Positions 19,366 to 28,724 of a DNA stretch of 64,000 bases are shown here, in pieces (within the stretch, counting starts at the first letter, position 1; the number at the start of each line of letters is the position of its first letter). The DNA comes from a virus. Position numbers and translations under genes: made by a program. The notes under the pieces are model-generated. The model was not told the origin of the DNA. It made no database searches and was given only the letters and a program-made list of their open reading frames with translations. The stretch is from positions 1 to 64,000 of IMG/VR virus record IMGVR_UViG_3300042305_001986. The stretch is one strand, 5' to 3'.

Positions 19366-20586
19366 TTAACTATTAACTAATCCAGATTGCCAATAAGTAG
19401 AACCATCAACAGTTATTGTGTTGCTGGAGTTGAAACCTTGAACTTGATATGTACTGAAATTATTCAGGTCTATAAAATTCAATTGAGATCCATCCCACGC
19501 TTCAATTCCCATTAAGGTCGCAACTCTATCGATTCTATTGAATATTCCTATATCAATGCCAGAACTCATAGTTCCACCGGCAAAGTTCAGACCAACAACT
19601 TTCCAAGTTCCTCCAAAATTTCCAAAAACCGCGGAACCCGAATCACCGGGTATTGATGGGTCAGGACAATCTTGATCTACTCTAGTATAGGCAATTTGAT
19701 TTGCAAATCTCTTACCCCAAACGTATCCGTCGTTGTTTTTTTTATATCCATTAACCATAGATGAATAATTTACATATAATGCTTTTAGTCCACACAATGA
19801 ACCTTCTTTCGGTCCTGATGATCTACCTGAGGCGGCTAAAGGAATATTATTTGTTAAAATAGAATCAAGCTCAGCGGTTGTTGCAAATACAGGAGGTGTT
19901 GTGAAACTTAAACCATATTGTTTGAAAGATTCACTATTTGACAATACACTTTCTTTCAACGCTACTAAACAACAATCAATTTCAGCCGAACCACTATTAT
20001 AAAGTAAAGTACAATACATAACACGGCCTAAGTTATAAAAATCTGTTTCGTAAGATGAACTTTCTCCTGGTTGATAAATTTGTTCAATTAGGGAGTTATA
20101 ATCAAACGTACAAGGTGGTTCTTTACAAAGGTCATTTGCATTAAAATGTACTTTTAGTGCAACGTGTAAATTAGTAACACCAACCAACGCACCTGTTTCA
20201 GTGTGTTTGGCCAAAAAACCAAGAGTTCCAATACCATCAGTTGTTTTTCTTATTGAAATACCACCCTTTATTGGTCTTATATAAGATCTATTTGGTACTG
20301 GATTAAAGATACAGGTTGAATTAAATTCTGTTGGACAAGGATGAACGTTCAGTGTTGTACTTTCGACAACATCGGTCTTCAAAATAGTCCCACCAACATT
20401 TATTCTCGATGGTATTAGATCACTTTGAGTTAAATTTTCTATTGGTTTTTTTTCGTCAACAAAAAAAACTATAGATAATTCATCAGTAACCACACCATTT
20501 TTGATTTTTTTTCCCAAACAAATTGAATCATTGTTATATTCTATCTTCAAATTTTCAATTGATTGGAGTAAATTGTTCGTTTCCAT
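19366..20586 (-). CDS. Trypsin-like (S1, Nal1-type) serine protease with N-terminal pro-domain
   Basis: Triad motifs TNLHVA, IDCCLV, PGDSGS; pro-region FVDEKKP..LIPSRI..TDVVE. Confidence 0.85.
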   Translation of the reverse strand: METNNLLQSIENLKIEYNNDSICLGKKIKNGVVTDELSIVFFVDEKKPIENLTQSDLIPSRINVGGTILKTDVVESTTLNVHPCPTEFNSTCIFNPVPNRSYIRPIKGGISIRKTTDGIGTLGFLAKHTETGALVGVTNLHVALKVHFNANDLCKEPPCTFDYNSLIEQIYQPGESSSYETDFYNLGRVMYCTLLYNSGSAEIDCCLVALKESVLSNSESFKQYGLSFTTPPVFATTAELDSILTNNIPLAASGRSSGPKEGSLCGLKALYVNYSSMVNGYKKNNDGYVWGKRFANQIAYTRVDQDCPDPSIPGDSGSAVFGNFGGTWKVVGLNFAGGTMSSGIDIGIFNRIDRVATLMGIEAWDGSQLNFIDLNNFSTYQVQGFNSSNTITVDGSTYWQSGLVNS

Positions 20587-20588
20587 TT

Positions 20589-22985
20589 TTACAGCGTATT
20601 AAATCTAACAAAGACAGTTCTTATACCTGAAGCGGTAGGTGTTTCTGAAATAGAAGGCGTAATTGATGGTGTTATAGTAGTTGTCGGTGATACGGTTGGA
20701 GTTTGAGTCTGAGTTGAAGTTTGAGTTGGTGTTGGAGTAGTTGTCACCGTTGGTGTCGTCGTAACTGTTGGTGTCTGTGTTGGAGTTTGAGTGGGGGTTA
20801 CACTTGGTGTTTGTGTTGGAGTAAGTCCGGGTGTAACTGTTTGACTTGGAGTTAAAGATATTGTTGGTGTGATACTCGGAGTAATAGATGGTGTAGGGGT
20901 TTGTGTAGGTGTTTCTGTGGGTGTTACTGTTGCCGTGGGTGTAGGTGTTTCTGTGGGTGTGGGAGTAATTGTTTGAGTAGGTGTTATTGTTTGGGTAATT
21001 GAAGGTGTAAGTGTTGGTGTTACTGTTGGCGTATTTGTTGGAGTTTTGGTTACCGTTGGTGTAACTGTAGGTGTTGGGGTTGGTGATGGTGTTGGTAAAG
21101 GTTCGAAATTTTCACAATCCAAACAGAAATAATCAAAGAGATCATAAGTATTTCTTAAAATTCTGTTATTGTGTTGAACTTGTCCACCATTCAATGGTTC
21201 GGCATAGAATCTAAATTCTGAAATTGCACCATCAAAAGTTCCCCCAAAGTACTTTTCTAATAAAATACCCGTCTCTAATTGCGAAAGTGATGTTCCTGAC
21301 AAAACTGTATCGGGAAATAACTCAGGATCCTGTTGGTAAGTGGTTCCTGTACAACTATTAAATGTTAGATTTTCCCTTAATCCTTGAGTACCACCACCCC
21401 ACGACATTGAATAACTAACACCGATTTGTTTTTCTTTTTCGGTATTCAAAGGTCTTGGAATAATTTCCTCGAAGTTTTCTACGATCATAAACAAATAACC
21501 ATTGAGATATACTTTCAAAGATCCAAGTCTCTTATCTTTTGAGTCAATGAAATCTCTATTCATAACAACTCTTTGGACGGGGTATTCTTTTTCTTGGTCG
21601 TGAGTATAAGGTGGTTGAATTAAACTTAAAGTGTCACCTCTTTCAGTTGCAGGGTAAATCAAGGAACTCATTTCCCCAATTCCACCTTCATAGAATAAGT
21701 CACACCCCTCGTAGAAAGTATATCGTTTGAATACCACATCAACCTGTAACCATTTTTCTGTGTTTAAGAAGTCGGTCTGATTGGTACTTCCCGAACAAAA
21801 ATCGTAAATTCCAATATCGGAATAAATGTTGTTGATTGTATATCCTGTTAAGTAATATTCGTGTGTTTCACAATCCGCAGTTGTTTGACATGCTCCCGTG
21901 ATGGTAATTGTTCTAATATTAATTTTTGGGTTTTTTGGGTCACCCGATAATCGTATGGCAAATGAATTTGATAATACATCTATCGTTGGATCTTTGGGTG
22001 GTATGGCAACCACTTTGTGTTCACAAGCATTTCCACATACAGTACAATCCGTTCCTTGATAGGTATCACCTGATATTGGATAAACATTGTAACAATCTGA
22101 AGTGAATGCAGTCAAAGTACAAGAACAAGTTTTCAAACAACTTAATTCTTCGGTTACTCGTGTGTACGCTGTGTAACTTTCAGGATGACCTGTAGCATAA
22201 TGATAGAATTTATCTTCCGCCCTTGTCCCCATATAGAAGAAAATTCCTGCGTTATTTGGATAAATTTCGTTTAGAGTGGTCTCACCAGCACCCGGTTCAA
22301 ATTCATCATATATTCTTGGTTTTATTACCGTCTCCATAGACCATCCAAGCTCATATCTTTCTGGTAATATTTCCCAATCATATTCGTATAGTTTGTAAAA
22401 ACCTTGATAAAAACCACCATATAATTCTTGGTAGTATCCTATACCCGCCTCTTGTTTTGAAACTATATTATATAGGGTGTTTGCCGTTATACCTGAAAAT
22501 CTTGAGTTGGGTGATCTTACATTTGATGTGACCGAAATTAATTTAAGATGTCTATCGTATGTTAATCTGTCAAATTTGTTAATTGAATCTAATAATCCTC
22601 TTGTGTAATAGAGTGTTTCACCACTCATTCTGTCTGTGAGTCCATTGTCAATTCCTGTTAATCCAACATCACAAATTCCACTCAACGAGTAACAAGATGC
22701 GTCAACCAAATCAGGGAAGGGATAAAATTTATCTGATATTATATTGTTGTCACTTTCAAAATCATCGTAATATAATTCAAATTGGGGTGAACAATCGGGA
22801 TCCCACAATCTTATATTAACAGGTAATACATTTCCGTCATCAAAACCGATTAAATTTGTGGAAAATACGGTCTCCTGATCGTACTCAATCTCATCGTTAG
22901 ACAGATAAAAATCATAGTACTCAGAAGTATCCAATCTCAATTTAATGGAGTTGTTGGAATGATTTCGGATATTTTGTATTCCCAC
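20589..22985 (-). CDS. Virion structural protein with LamG/concanavalin-like elements and C-terminal Thr/Pro tract
   Basis: LKVYLNG and FDGAISEFRFYAEPL (LamG-like); ~155-aa TP tract; start placed at GTG 22985 downstream of the TATTTAT motif (ORF track start 23015). Confidence 0.65.
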   Translation of the reverse strand: MGIQNIRNHSNNSIKLRLDTSEYYDFYLSNDEIEYDQETVFSTNLIGFDDGNVLPVNIRLWDPDCSPQFELYYDDFESDNNIISDKFYPFPDLVDASCYSLSGICDVGLTGIDNGLTDRMSGETLYYTRGLLDSINKFDRLTYDRHLKLISVTSNVRSPNSRFSGITANTLYNIVSKQEAGIGYYQELYGGFYQGFYKLYEYDWEILPERYELGWSMETVIKPRIYDEFEPGAGETTLNEIYPNNAGIFFYMGTRAEDKFYHYATGHPESYTAYTRVTEELSCLKTCSCTLTAFTSDCYNVYPISGDTYQGTDCTVCGNACEHKVVAIPPKDPTIDVLSNSFAIRLSGDPKNPKINIRTITITGACQTTADCETHEYYLTGYTINNIYSDIGIYDFCSGSTNQTDFLNTEKWLQVDVVFKRYTFYEGCDLFYEGGIGEMSSLIYPATERGDTLSLIQPPYTHDQEKEYPVQRVVMNRDFIDSKDKRLGSLKVYLNGYLFMIVENFEEIIPRPLNTEKEKQIGVSYSMSWGGGTQGLRENLTFNSCTGTTYQQDPELFPDTVLSGTSLSQLETGILLEKYFGGTFDGAISEFRFYAEPLNGGQVQHNNRILRNTYDLFDYFCLDCENFEPLPTPSPTPTPTVTPTVTKTPTNTPTVTPTLTPSITQTITPTQTITPTPTETPTPTATVTPTETPTQTPTPSITPSITPTISLTPSQTVTPGLTPTQTPSVTPTQTPTQTPTVTTTPTVTTTPTPTQTSTQTQTPTVSPTTTITPSITPSISETPTASGIRTVFVRFNTL

Positions 22986-23000
22986 GGCTTCTTTTTTAAA

Positions 23001-23026
23001 ATAAATACATCTCACCTTGTATTTAT
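23001..23026. promoter_or_regulatory. Back-to-back putative late promoters (TATTTAT on each strand)
   Basis: ATAAATACA-tctcacct-TGTATTTAT inverted repeat between divergent genes 22985(-) and 23042(+). Confidence 0.65.
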
Positions 23027-23041
23027 AGATAAAAAAACTTA

Positions 23042-23785
23042 ATGAAACTTAAGGGATATAAGTCAGTAACAACAGCCGAAAAAAAGGCAAAAGAACTCGG
23101 TTGTGAAGGAACTCACAAACACGGTGAGGTCTTTATGCCTTGCAAAAGTCACAAACAATATGTTTCAAAATCGAAGGAACCCAAAAAAGAATTGGATGAA
23201 TTAATTGATTTTGATGGAACTATGAACAGTTCCAAAATACCATTTGGACTGAACCCAAAACTTCATCCAAGAAAAACGATGGATCAAACCATCCCAAGTG
23301 CAAGGATTACCAACGATCCTTTATCAAGAGGTTTCAGAGCGTTTGGAGCTTATTTTTCACCTTCATTGAATGAAGTAAATTTTGAAGATGCGTTCGGTTA
23401 TGAAGAAACAAAGTTTATGAATGCTAAAGAAACTATCGAATACTTAAAAAATGAACTTGGAATGGAGGAGGAGGACGCTAAGGAAAGAGCAGAACAATTC
23501 GGTAAAAAAGAACCTATGGATAAAAAATCACCATACAAAGACGATAAAAATTTTGTATCAAGAAGTGTTTTAAAAGAAAGAGAAATTCAAGAAGAACAAA
23601 GACAAAAGGCGATAAAGATGGTGGAAGATATCTTGGTTAAAAAATCATCAAAAGATAATGATGTTAATGATAAAGAACCAAAAACATCAAAAATCTTACA
23701 AAGAAATATAAAATCCATCAAAAAATTGGCAGACAAAGAAGGATTAACAATGTCTGAATTATTGAAATTAATAAAGAACCTATGA
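23042..23785 (+). CDS. Hypothetical head-associated protein with N-terminal GCxGxHxH..MPC (DUF3721-like) motif
   Basis: AEKKAKELGCEGTHKHGEVFMPCKSH; charged remainder; late motif upstream. Confidence 0.55.
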   Translation: MKLKGYKSVTTAEKKAKELGCEGTHKHGEVFMPCKSHKQYVSKSKEPKKELDELIDFDGTMNSSKIPFGLNPKLHPRKTMDQTIPSARITNDPLSRGFRAFGAYFSPSLNEVNFEDAFGYEETKFMNAKETIEYLKNELGMEEEDAKERAEQFGKKEPMDKKSPYKDDKNFVSRSVLKEREIQEEQRQKAIKMVEDILVKKSSKDNDVNDKEPKTSKILQRNIKSIKKLADKEGLTMSELLKLIKNL

Positions 23786-24243
23786 ATAGTTCACTCTACG
23801 GAAAACAAATAAAGGTTCCACAAGAACTTATAAGTCTTCTAAAAGAGAAACAAAAACTCGGTGCGGGAAAATCCAAAGAGGAATTATCTCAAACTCAAGG
23901 GTGGAAAAGAAATTTGGACTTGGTAAAGAAGGGTATGTTGACATTTCAAAACTTGGAGAGAATTCAAAATTGGTTCAAAACAAACCCGAAAGAAGGATTA
24001 TCTTATGAACTTCACGGAGGAAAAGATATGGAGAGGTGGGTTATTGATACACTTCAGTCTATGAGAAAAAAAGATAAGAAGTCATCCGATATTCAAAAAG
24101 ATACAAGACCCGATACCGATCTTAATCCTGAGATTGGAAATGCATCTGACAATACCCATCAGAGTATTTCAAAACAACTTGGTCCGGCCAAAATAAATGA
24201 GGAAATAAACAGAATAAAAAAATTAATAAATTATGGAAGCTAA
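23782..24243 (+). CDS. Hypothetical protein
   Basis: Coupled ORF (ATGA overlap); C-terminal INEEINRIKKLI typical of large-phage head proteins. Confidence 0.6.
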   Translation: MNSSLYGKQIKVPQELISLLKEKQKLGAGKSKEELSQTQGWKRNLDLVKKGMLTFQNLERIQNWFKTNPKEGLSYELHGGKDMERWVIDTLQSMRKKDKKSSDIQKDTRPDTDLNPEIGNASDNTHQSISKQLGPAKINEEINRIKKLINYGS

Positions 24244-24526
24244 CGATAGATTAGATTTTGCACAACCAGCAAATGAATTGAGTAAAATCGCTGAACAACA
24301 AAGAGGTATATTATTCCCAAGAAATGATTTCTCACCTCGTTCACAGAGTTATTCATCCGTTCACCCTGATGCTCTTGCTGATGGTGATGATATCGGAAGA
24401 GGAACTGGATTTTATTTGGATGTTTATAATGTTCAAGCAGGTACTTCATTAGACACTGCTGAAAGAACAAATAACATCAAGATCAATAAGTATAACAAGG
24501 ACAAAGGTTATACTATTCCTGAATAA
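24233..24526 (+). CDS. Hypothetical protein
   Basis: Coupled to neighbouring ORFs. Confidence 0.6.
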   Translation: MEANDRLDFAQPANELSKIAEQQRGILFPRNDFSPRSQSYSSVHPDALADGDDIGRGTGFYLDVYNVQAGTSLDTAERTNNIKINKYNKDKGYTIPE

Positions 24527-24909
24527 TGAAGTTATTAGAGATATTAAAAAAACAAATTATTCTTGAGGTCGCGTCCCAAAAAGACCTTATGGACGCAATA
24601 CGCAATAAAAATATTATTGTCATCAACTATGATGGTGATGAACCGGGAGGTAAAGGATTGAGAGAACTTGAACCGGTATGTTTAGGAATATCAAAAAAAG
24701 GAAATTTGGTGTTGAGAGCTTGGGAAAGAGAAGGTGCGTCACATACATCTACAATAGGTAAACAGCCCTTACCAGGTTGGCGTTTATTTCTTGTACCTAA
24801 AACATTTTCTTTTAATCTAACCGGTGATAAATTTACTGAGGCTCGTCCAGGTTATAACCCAAACGGGGACAAATCTATGACGAGAGTATATATAAATGCG
24901 AAATTTTAA
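24526..24909 (+). CDS. Stand-alone WYL-domain protein
   Basis: AIRNKNIIVINY..RELEPVCLG..LVLRAW..GWRLF. Confidence 0.75.
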   Translation: MKLLEILKKQIILEVASQKDLMDAIRNKNIIVINYDGDEPGGKGLRELEPVCLGISKKGNLVLRAWEREGASHTSTIGKQPLPGWRLFLVPKTFSFNLTGDKFTEARPGYNPNGDKSMTRVYINAKF

Positions 24910-24914
24910 TTAAG

Positions 24915-25469
24915 ATGTCAAACGATATGAATTCCCTGATGCAGAAATTGGCTGTTTCCAAAAAAATAATGGAGAGACACGACAATATGGGTCGTGGTGA
25001 GGTTAGACAATCTCCAAACATCAATATTCCTTCAGAATATCAGGAACCTGTATATAACATTCCTGCACAATCTCAGGTATCTGCACCACAGATCAACGAA
25101 CAAAGAATTATGAGTTCAAATCTTCCCGATGAAATCAAAAGATTGATGATTGAAAATCCTATCGCAAAACCTGACTCATATAGTGCCACATTACCCAACG
25201 AAGTTATTGAAGGCGCGGCAAAGTTAATTCAAAGTCAATCAGGTGTTCAACCCAAAAAACAATCATCACAAAGTCCAATTGTTGATGAAAGTTTCAAGAC
25301 CATGATCAGAAATTTAGTAAGAGACACTGTTAGAGATGTCATTAAAGAAGAATTTGGTGATATTAAAGGAATGATCTCTGAATCCAAAGCAACCAACGAA
25401 ACAATGAAGCTTTCGGTAGGTAAACATATTTTTGAAGGTAAGATTACAAGTATTAAAAAACTTAAGTAA
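24915..25469 (+). CDS. Hypothetical protein
   Basis: Clean ORF in operon; INE and ISE motifs. Confidence 0.6.
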   Translation: MSNDMNSLMQKLAVSKKIMERHDNMGRGEVRQSPNINIPSEYQEPVYNIPAQSQVSAPQINEQRIMSSNLPDEIKRLMIENPIAKPDSYSATLPNEVIEGAAKLIQSQSGVQPKKQSSQSPIVDESFKTMIRNLVRDTVRDVIKEEFGDIKGMISESKATNETMKLSVGKHIFEGKITSIKKLK

Positions 25470-25515
25470 CCCTTTTTTTATTGAGAGTTTTTAATTATAC
25501 TTTCAATAAAAAAAT

Positions 25516-26730
25516 ATGTCAAAAAAACGAATTTTAGTATTACCGAGTGACAGAACAGGTGTTGGTAAGTTTCGTTCTGTTCAACCCCACACTTATCTAC
25601 AACAACAATATCCCGACGAATTTCATATTGATATTATGTATGATATCAATATTGATGATTTGAATTTCTTCAAGAATTATGATATTGTATCATTTCATAG
25701 GTCACTTAACACAAACTATGAAAAATCGATAGAAGTAATTGGAAAACTCAAACAGATGGGTATTAAAACTGTCTGTGATATTGATGACTATTGGATGCCA
25801 GGTATGGAACATCCTGCACATGCGATGGTTGTGGAAAGAAAGTTTGATAAGATTATTATTAACAACCTACGAGCTGCCGAATGGGTAACTACAACTACAG
25901 ATATTTTTGCCAAAGAAATCAAAAAAAATGTCAACAAGAATGTTCACGTCATCCCAAACGGAATTGATCCTGAAGAACCCCAATTCAAAGAAAAAACAAT
26001 TCCATCCGATAAAGTCAGATTTGGATGGTTGGGTGGGTCATCTCACTTACATGACCTCATGATTTTGGATGGTACATTTGATAAAATTTCTGACTTGAAA
26101 GACAAATATCGTCTATACATTTGTGGTTTTGATACTCGTGGAACAGTAACTGAGATTGATAAAGCAACGGGTACACAAAAACAAAGACCCATCCTTCCCG
26201 AAGAAACTGTTTGGGCTAAATATGAAAAGATTTTTACATCAAACTACAAATATGTTTCTGAAAAACAAAAAGAATTTTTGATGAAATGGAAACAGGAAGA
26301 ATATATGGATGAACCCGATCCTTTCTATACAAGGGTTTGGACCGCACCTGTCACTTCATATGCCAAGAACTACAGTAAATTTGACGTATCACTTGCACCG
26401 ATTAAGAATACGATGTTCAATCGGATGAAGTCACAACTCAAAGTCATTGAAGCGGGGTTCTACAAGAAGGCAATTATCGCATCCAATATCGGTCCTTATA
26501 CAATTGACATTAAACACGGATTGAATAACGGTGAATTTGTCAAAGGCGCAAATGGACTCTTGGTTGATGAATACAAGAACCACAAAGATTGGAGTAAGTT
26601 CATGAAAAAACTGATCGAAAATCCGAGTTGGGTTGAGGATTTGGGTGAGCAACTCTATGAAACTGTAAATGAAAAATATCATTTGAAAGTACTTTCCGAA
26701 AACAGAAGAAATTTCTATAATTCATTATGA
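25516..26730 (+). CDS. GT-B (GT4-like) glycosyltransferase
   Basis: VCDIDDYW, VHVIPNGID, FGWLGGSSHLHDL, DVSLAP..FNRMKSQLKVIEAG. Confidence 0.85.
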   Translation: MSKKRILVLPSDRTGVGKFRSVQPHTYLQQQYPDEFHIDIMYDINIDDLNFFKNYDIVSFHRSLNTNYEKSIEVIGKLKQMGIKTVCDIDDYWMPGMEHPAHAMVVERKFDKIIINNLRAAEWVTTTTDIFAKEIKKNVNKNVHVIPNGIDPEEPQFKEKTIPSDKVRFGWLGGSSHLHDLMILDGTFDKISDLKDKYRLYICGFDTRGTVTEIDKATGTQKQRPILPEETVWAKYEKIFTSNYKYVSEKQKEFLMKWKQEEYMDEPDPFYTRVWTAPVTSYAKNYSKFDVSLAPIKNTMFNRMKSQLKVIEAGFYKKAIIASNIGPYTIDIKHGLNNGEFVKGANGLLVDEYKNHKDWSKFMKKLIENPSWVEDLGEQLYETVNEKYHLKVLSENRRNFYNSL

Positions 26731-27431
26731 CATTAGATAAACCACTTGACAAGATCCTGTTTTTTGATATTGAAACAGTATCTGAATTTGAAACTTTGGC
26801 CGAGTTAAAGAAACAAAAACCAAAGTTACATAAAGTTTTTTTGGATTATATTGATTTCTTCAAACGAAGGTACCCTGAAGATGGCGATATTTCACCCGAA
26901 GAAACCTACTTCAAACGTGCAGCCCTTGTTCCTGAATTTTCAAGAGTTGTTGCGGCCTCTTTTTGTTTTTACGATACTAAAAAAGAACTTCACAGAACAA
27001 CCTTTACTAACCACAACGAGGTTGAACTGTTGACTGAAATTAGAAATCTTTTTAATCGTATTGAAAGATTGGATTTTTACATGTGTGGTCATAATATCAA
27101 ACTTTTTGATATCCCAACACTTGGTAAAAGATTCGTAATAAACGATATGAAACCACCAAAAATATTTCCAATTTACAATACGAAGCCGTGGGAAGTAAAA
27201 GCAATAGATACTAAAGATTTGTGGAATTATAACAATCCTTATTCGATTGGTTCTTTGGATCTTTTGTGTGTAAGTATGGGAATTGAATCTCCTAAAGACA
27301 GTGAAGTAACGGGTGAAAACCTTAATGAATATTATTACAAAACCAAAAATCTTGAAACGATTGGAGAATATTGTGAAAAAGATACAGTGGCACTTGCTCA
27401 CATAATTAAAAAAATATTCGATTTAAAATGA
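26727..27431 (+). CDS. Stand-alone DnaQ/PolB-type 3'-5' exonuclease
   Basis: FFDIETV (ExoI), GHNIKLFDIP (ExoII), YCEKDT (ExoIII). Confidence 0.85.
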   Translation: MTLDKPLDKILFFDIETVSEFETLAELKKQKPKLHKVFLDYIDFFKRRYPEDGDISPEETYFKRAALVPEFSRVVAASFCFYDTKKELHRTTFTNHNEVELLTEIRNLFNRIERLDFYMCGHNIKLFDIPTLGKRFVINDMKPPKIFPIYNTKPWEVKAIDTKDLWNYNNPYSIGSLDLLCVSMGIESPKDSEVTGENLNEYYYKTKNLETIGEYCEKDTVALAHIIKKIFDLK

Positions 27432-27997
27432 TTAAAGAAATTAAAAATTTTACAAACACAATGTCGGCACTCAAAGAGTTGATGGAAATGTCTGCCGATC
27501 AGTCAAAAATGCAAGAAACTATGTCCTTGTTGGAACAACAGATAAAGGATTACAAACCTAAAATCGCTTTGTCTTTTGTAAATAAATCAGAAAACCCTGA
27601 CCCTTTTTACAATTATGGAAGTGATTCAGGTTTTGATCTACTATCAAATGTTGAAGTAACCATATCTGCCAAATCGTGGTCTATTGTTCCAACAGGACTA
27701 TATTTTGATATTCCTTATGGATATGAAATTCAAGTAAGGTCCAAAAGTGGTCTTGCCCTTAATAAAGGTATTTCCGTCTTAAATTCTCCAGGAACCGTCG
27801 ATTCTGGTTACAATGGTGAAATAAAGGTTATATTAATGAATAACAGTACAATGGACATTACAATACACAAAGGAATGAAAGTTGCTCAAGCAGTAATGGC
27901 ACCTGTATTGAATGGTGATTCAGTTAATCTAACTAAGATTAACGAAATAAACGACAAAGATAGAAATGCTAATGGATTCGGGTCAACAGGAGTATAA
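27428..27997 (+). CDS. dut: Trimeric dUTPase
   Basis: SGFDL, RSKSGLA, GTVDSGYNGE, VAQAV, RNANGFGSTG. Confidence 0.95.
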   Translation: MIKEIKNFTNTMSALKELMEMSADQSKMQETMSLLEQQIKDYKPKIALSFVNKSENPDPFYNYGSDSGFDLLSNVEVTISAKSWSIVPTGLYFDIPYGYEIQVRSKSGLALNKGISVLNSPGTVDSGYNGEIKVILMNNSTMDITIHKGMKVAQAVMAPVLNGDSVNLTKINEINDKDRNANGFGSTGV

Positions 27998-28724
27998 AAA
28001 AACAAGAACACAAAGAAAAAAAGAAGATACTAAACCAAGAGAGGTTTATGTAAACAAGAAAGAATTAATAAATTCTATAGTCACTAAAAGACCGAGAAAA
28101 AAGTTTTTGACTGATTCACAAAAAGATTATTATGATATTCTTTGTAACAATCAGATCACGATTTGTTCAGGTCCGGCTGGAGTTGGGAAATCTTTTGTTG
28201 CTATGAGAGCGGCTATTGATTTACTTTGTGACCCTGAAAATGGTTATGAGAAAATTATAATAGTAAGACCAGCTGTTGAAGCGGAAGAAAAATTGGGATC
28301 ACTACCTGGTAATGTAGAGGAAAAACTCGATCCATACATCTTTCCGAGTTATTACTTAATGAATAAGATCATTGGTAAAGAAGCTAGAGAAAAATTGAAA
28401 GAAGTAGAGGTAATTGAGGTCTTTGCCTTGGCGTACATGAGGGGTATGAATATTGACAACTCAATTTTGATTTTTGAGGAGGGTCAAAACGCAACACCAA
28501 AACAAATGAAACTTCTTTTAACTCGTATTGGATTTAATAGTAAGTTCTTCATTTCAGGGGATTTGGAACAAACAGATAGATATAAAGATAAAACTCATTC
28601 AGGTTTATACGACGCATTGGTAAAATTTAAGGACGTGGAAGACATAGGAGTGTTTAGTTTTGACAATAAAGATATTATTCGTAATCCTCTCATCAATAAA
28701 ATTTTGGACAAGTACGAACAATGA
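27966..28724 (+). CDS. phoH: PhoH-like ATPase
   Basis: GPAGVGKS, RPAVEAEEKLGSLPG, YMRG, EEGQN, GDLEQTD, RNPLI. Confidence 0.95.
   Translation: MLMDSGQQEYKKTRTQRKKEDTKPREVYVNKKELINSIVTKRPRKKFLTDSQKDYYDILCNNQITICSGPAGVGKSFVAMRAAIDLLCDPENGYEKIIIVRPAVEAEEKLGSLPGNVEEKLDPYIFPSYYLMNKIIGKEAREKLKEVEVIEVFALAYMRGMNIDNSILIFEEGQNATPKQMKLLLTRIGFNSKFFISGDLEQTDRYKDKTHSGLYDALVKFKDVEDIGVFSFDNKDIIRNPLINKILDKYEQ

Noticed and set aside
11190-21100. GTTGGTGT-rich repeats as a CRISPR array or telomere-like repeat
   Set aside because: No constant repeat with unique spacers; in-frame, codon-degenerate coding repeats; no cas genes.
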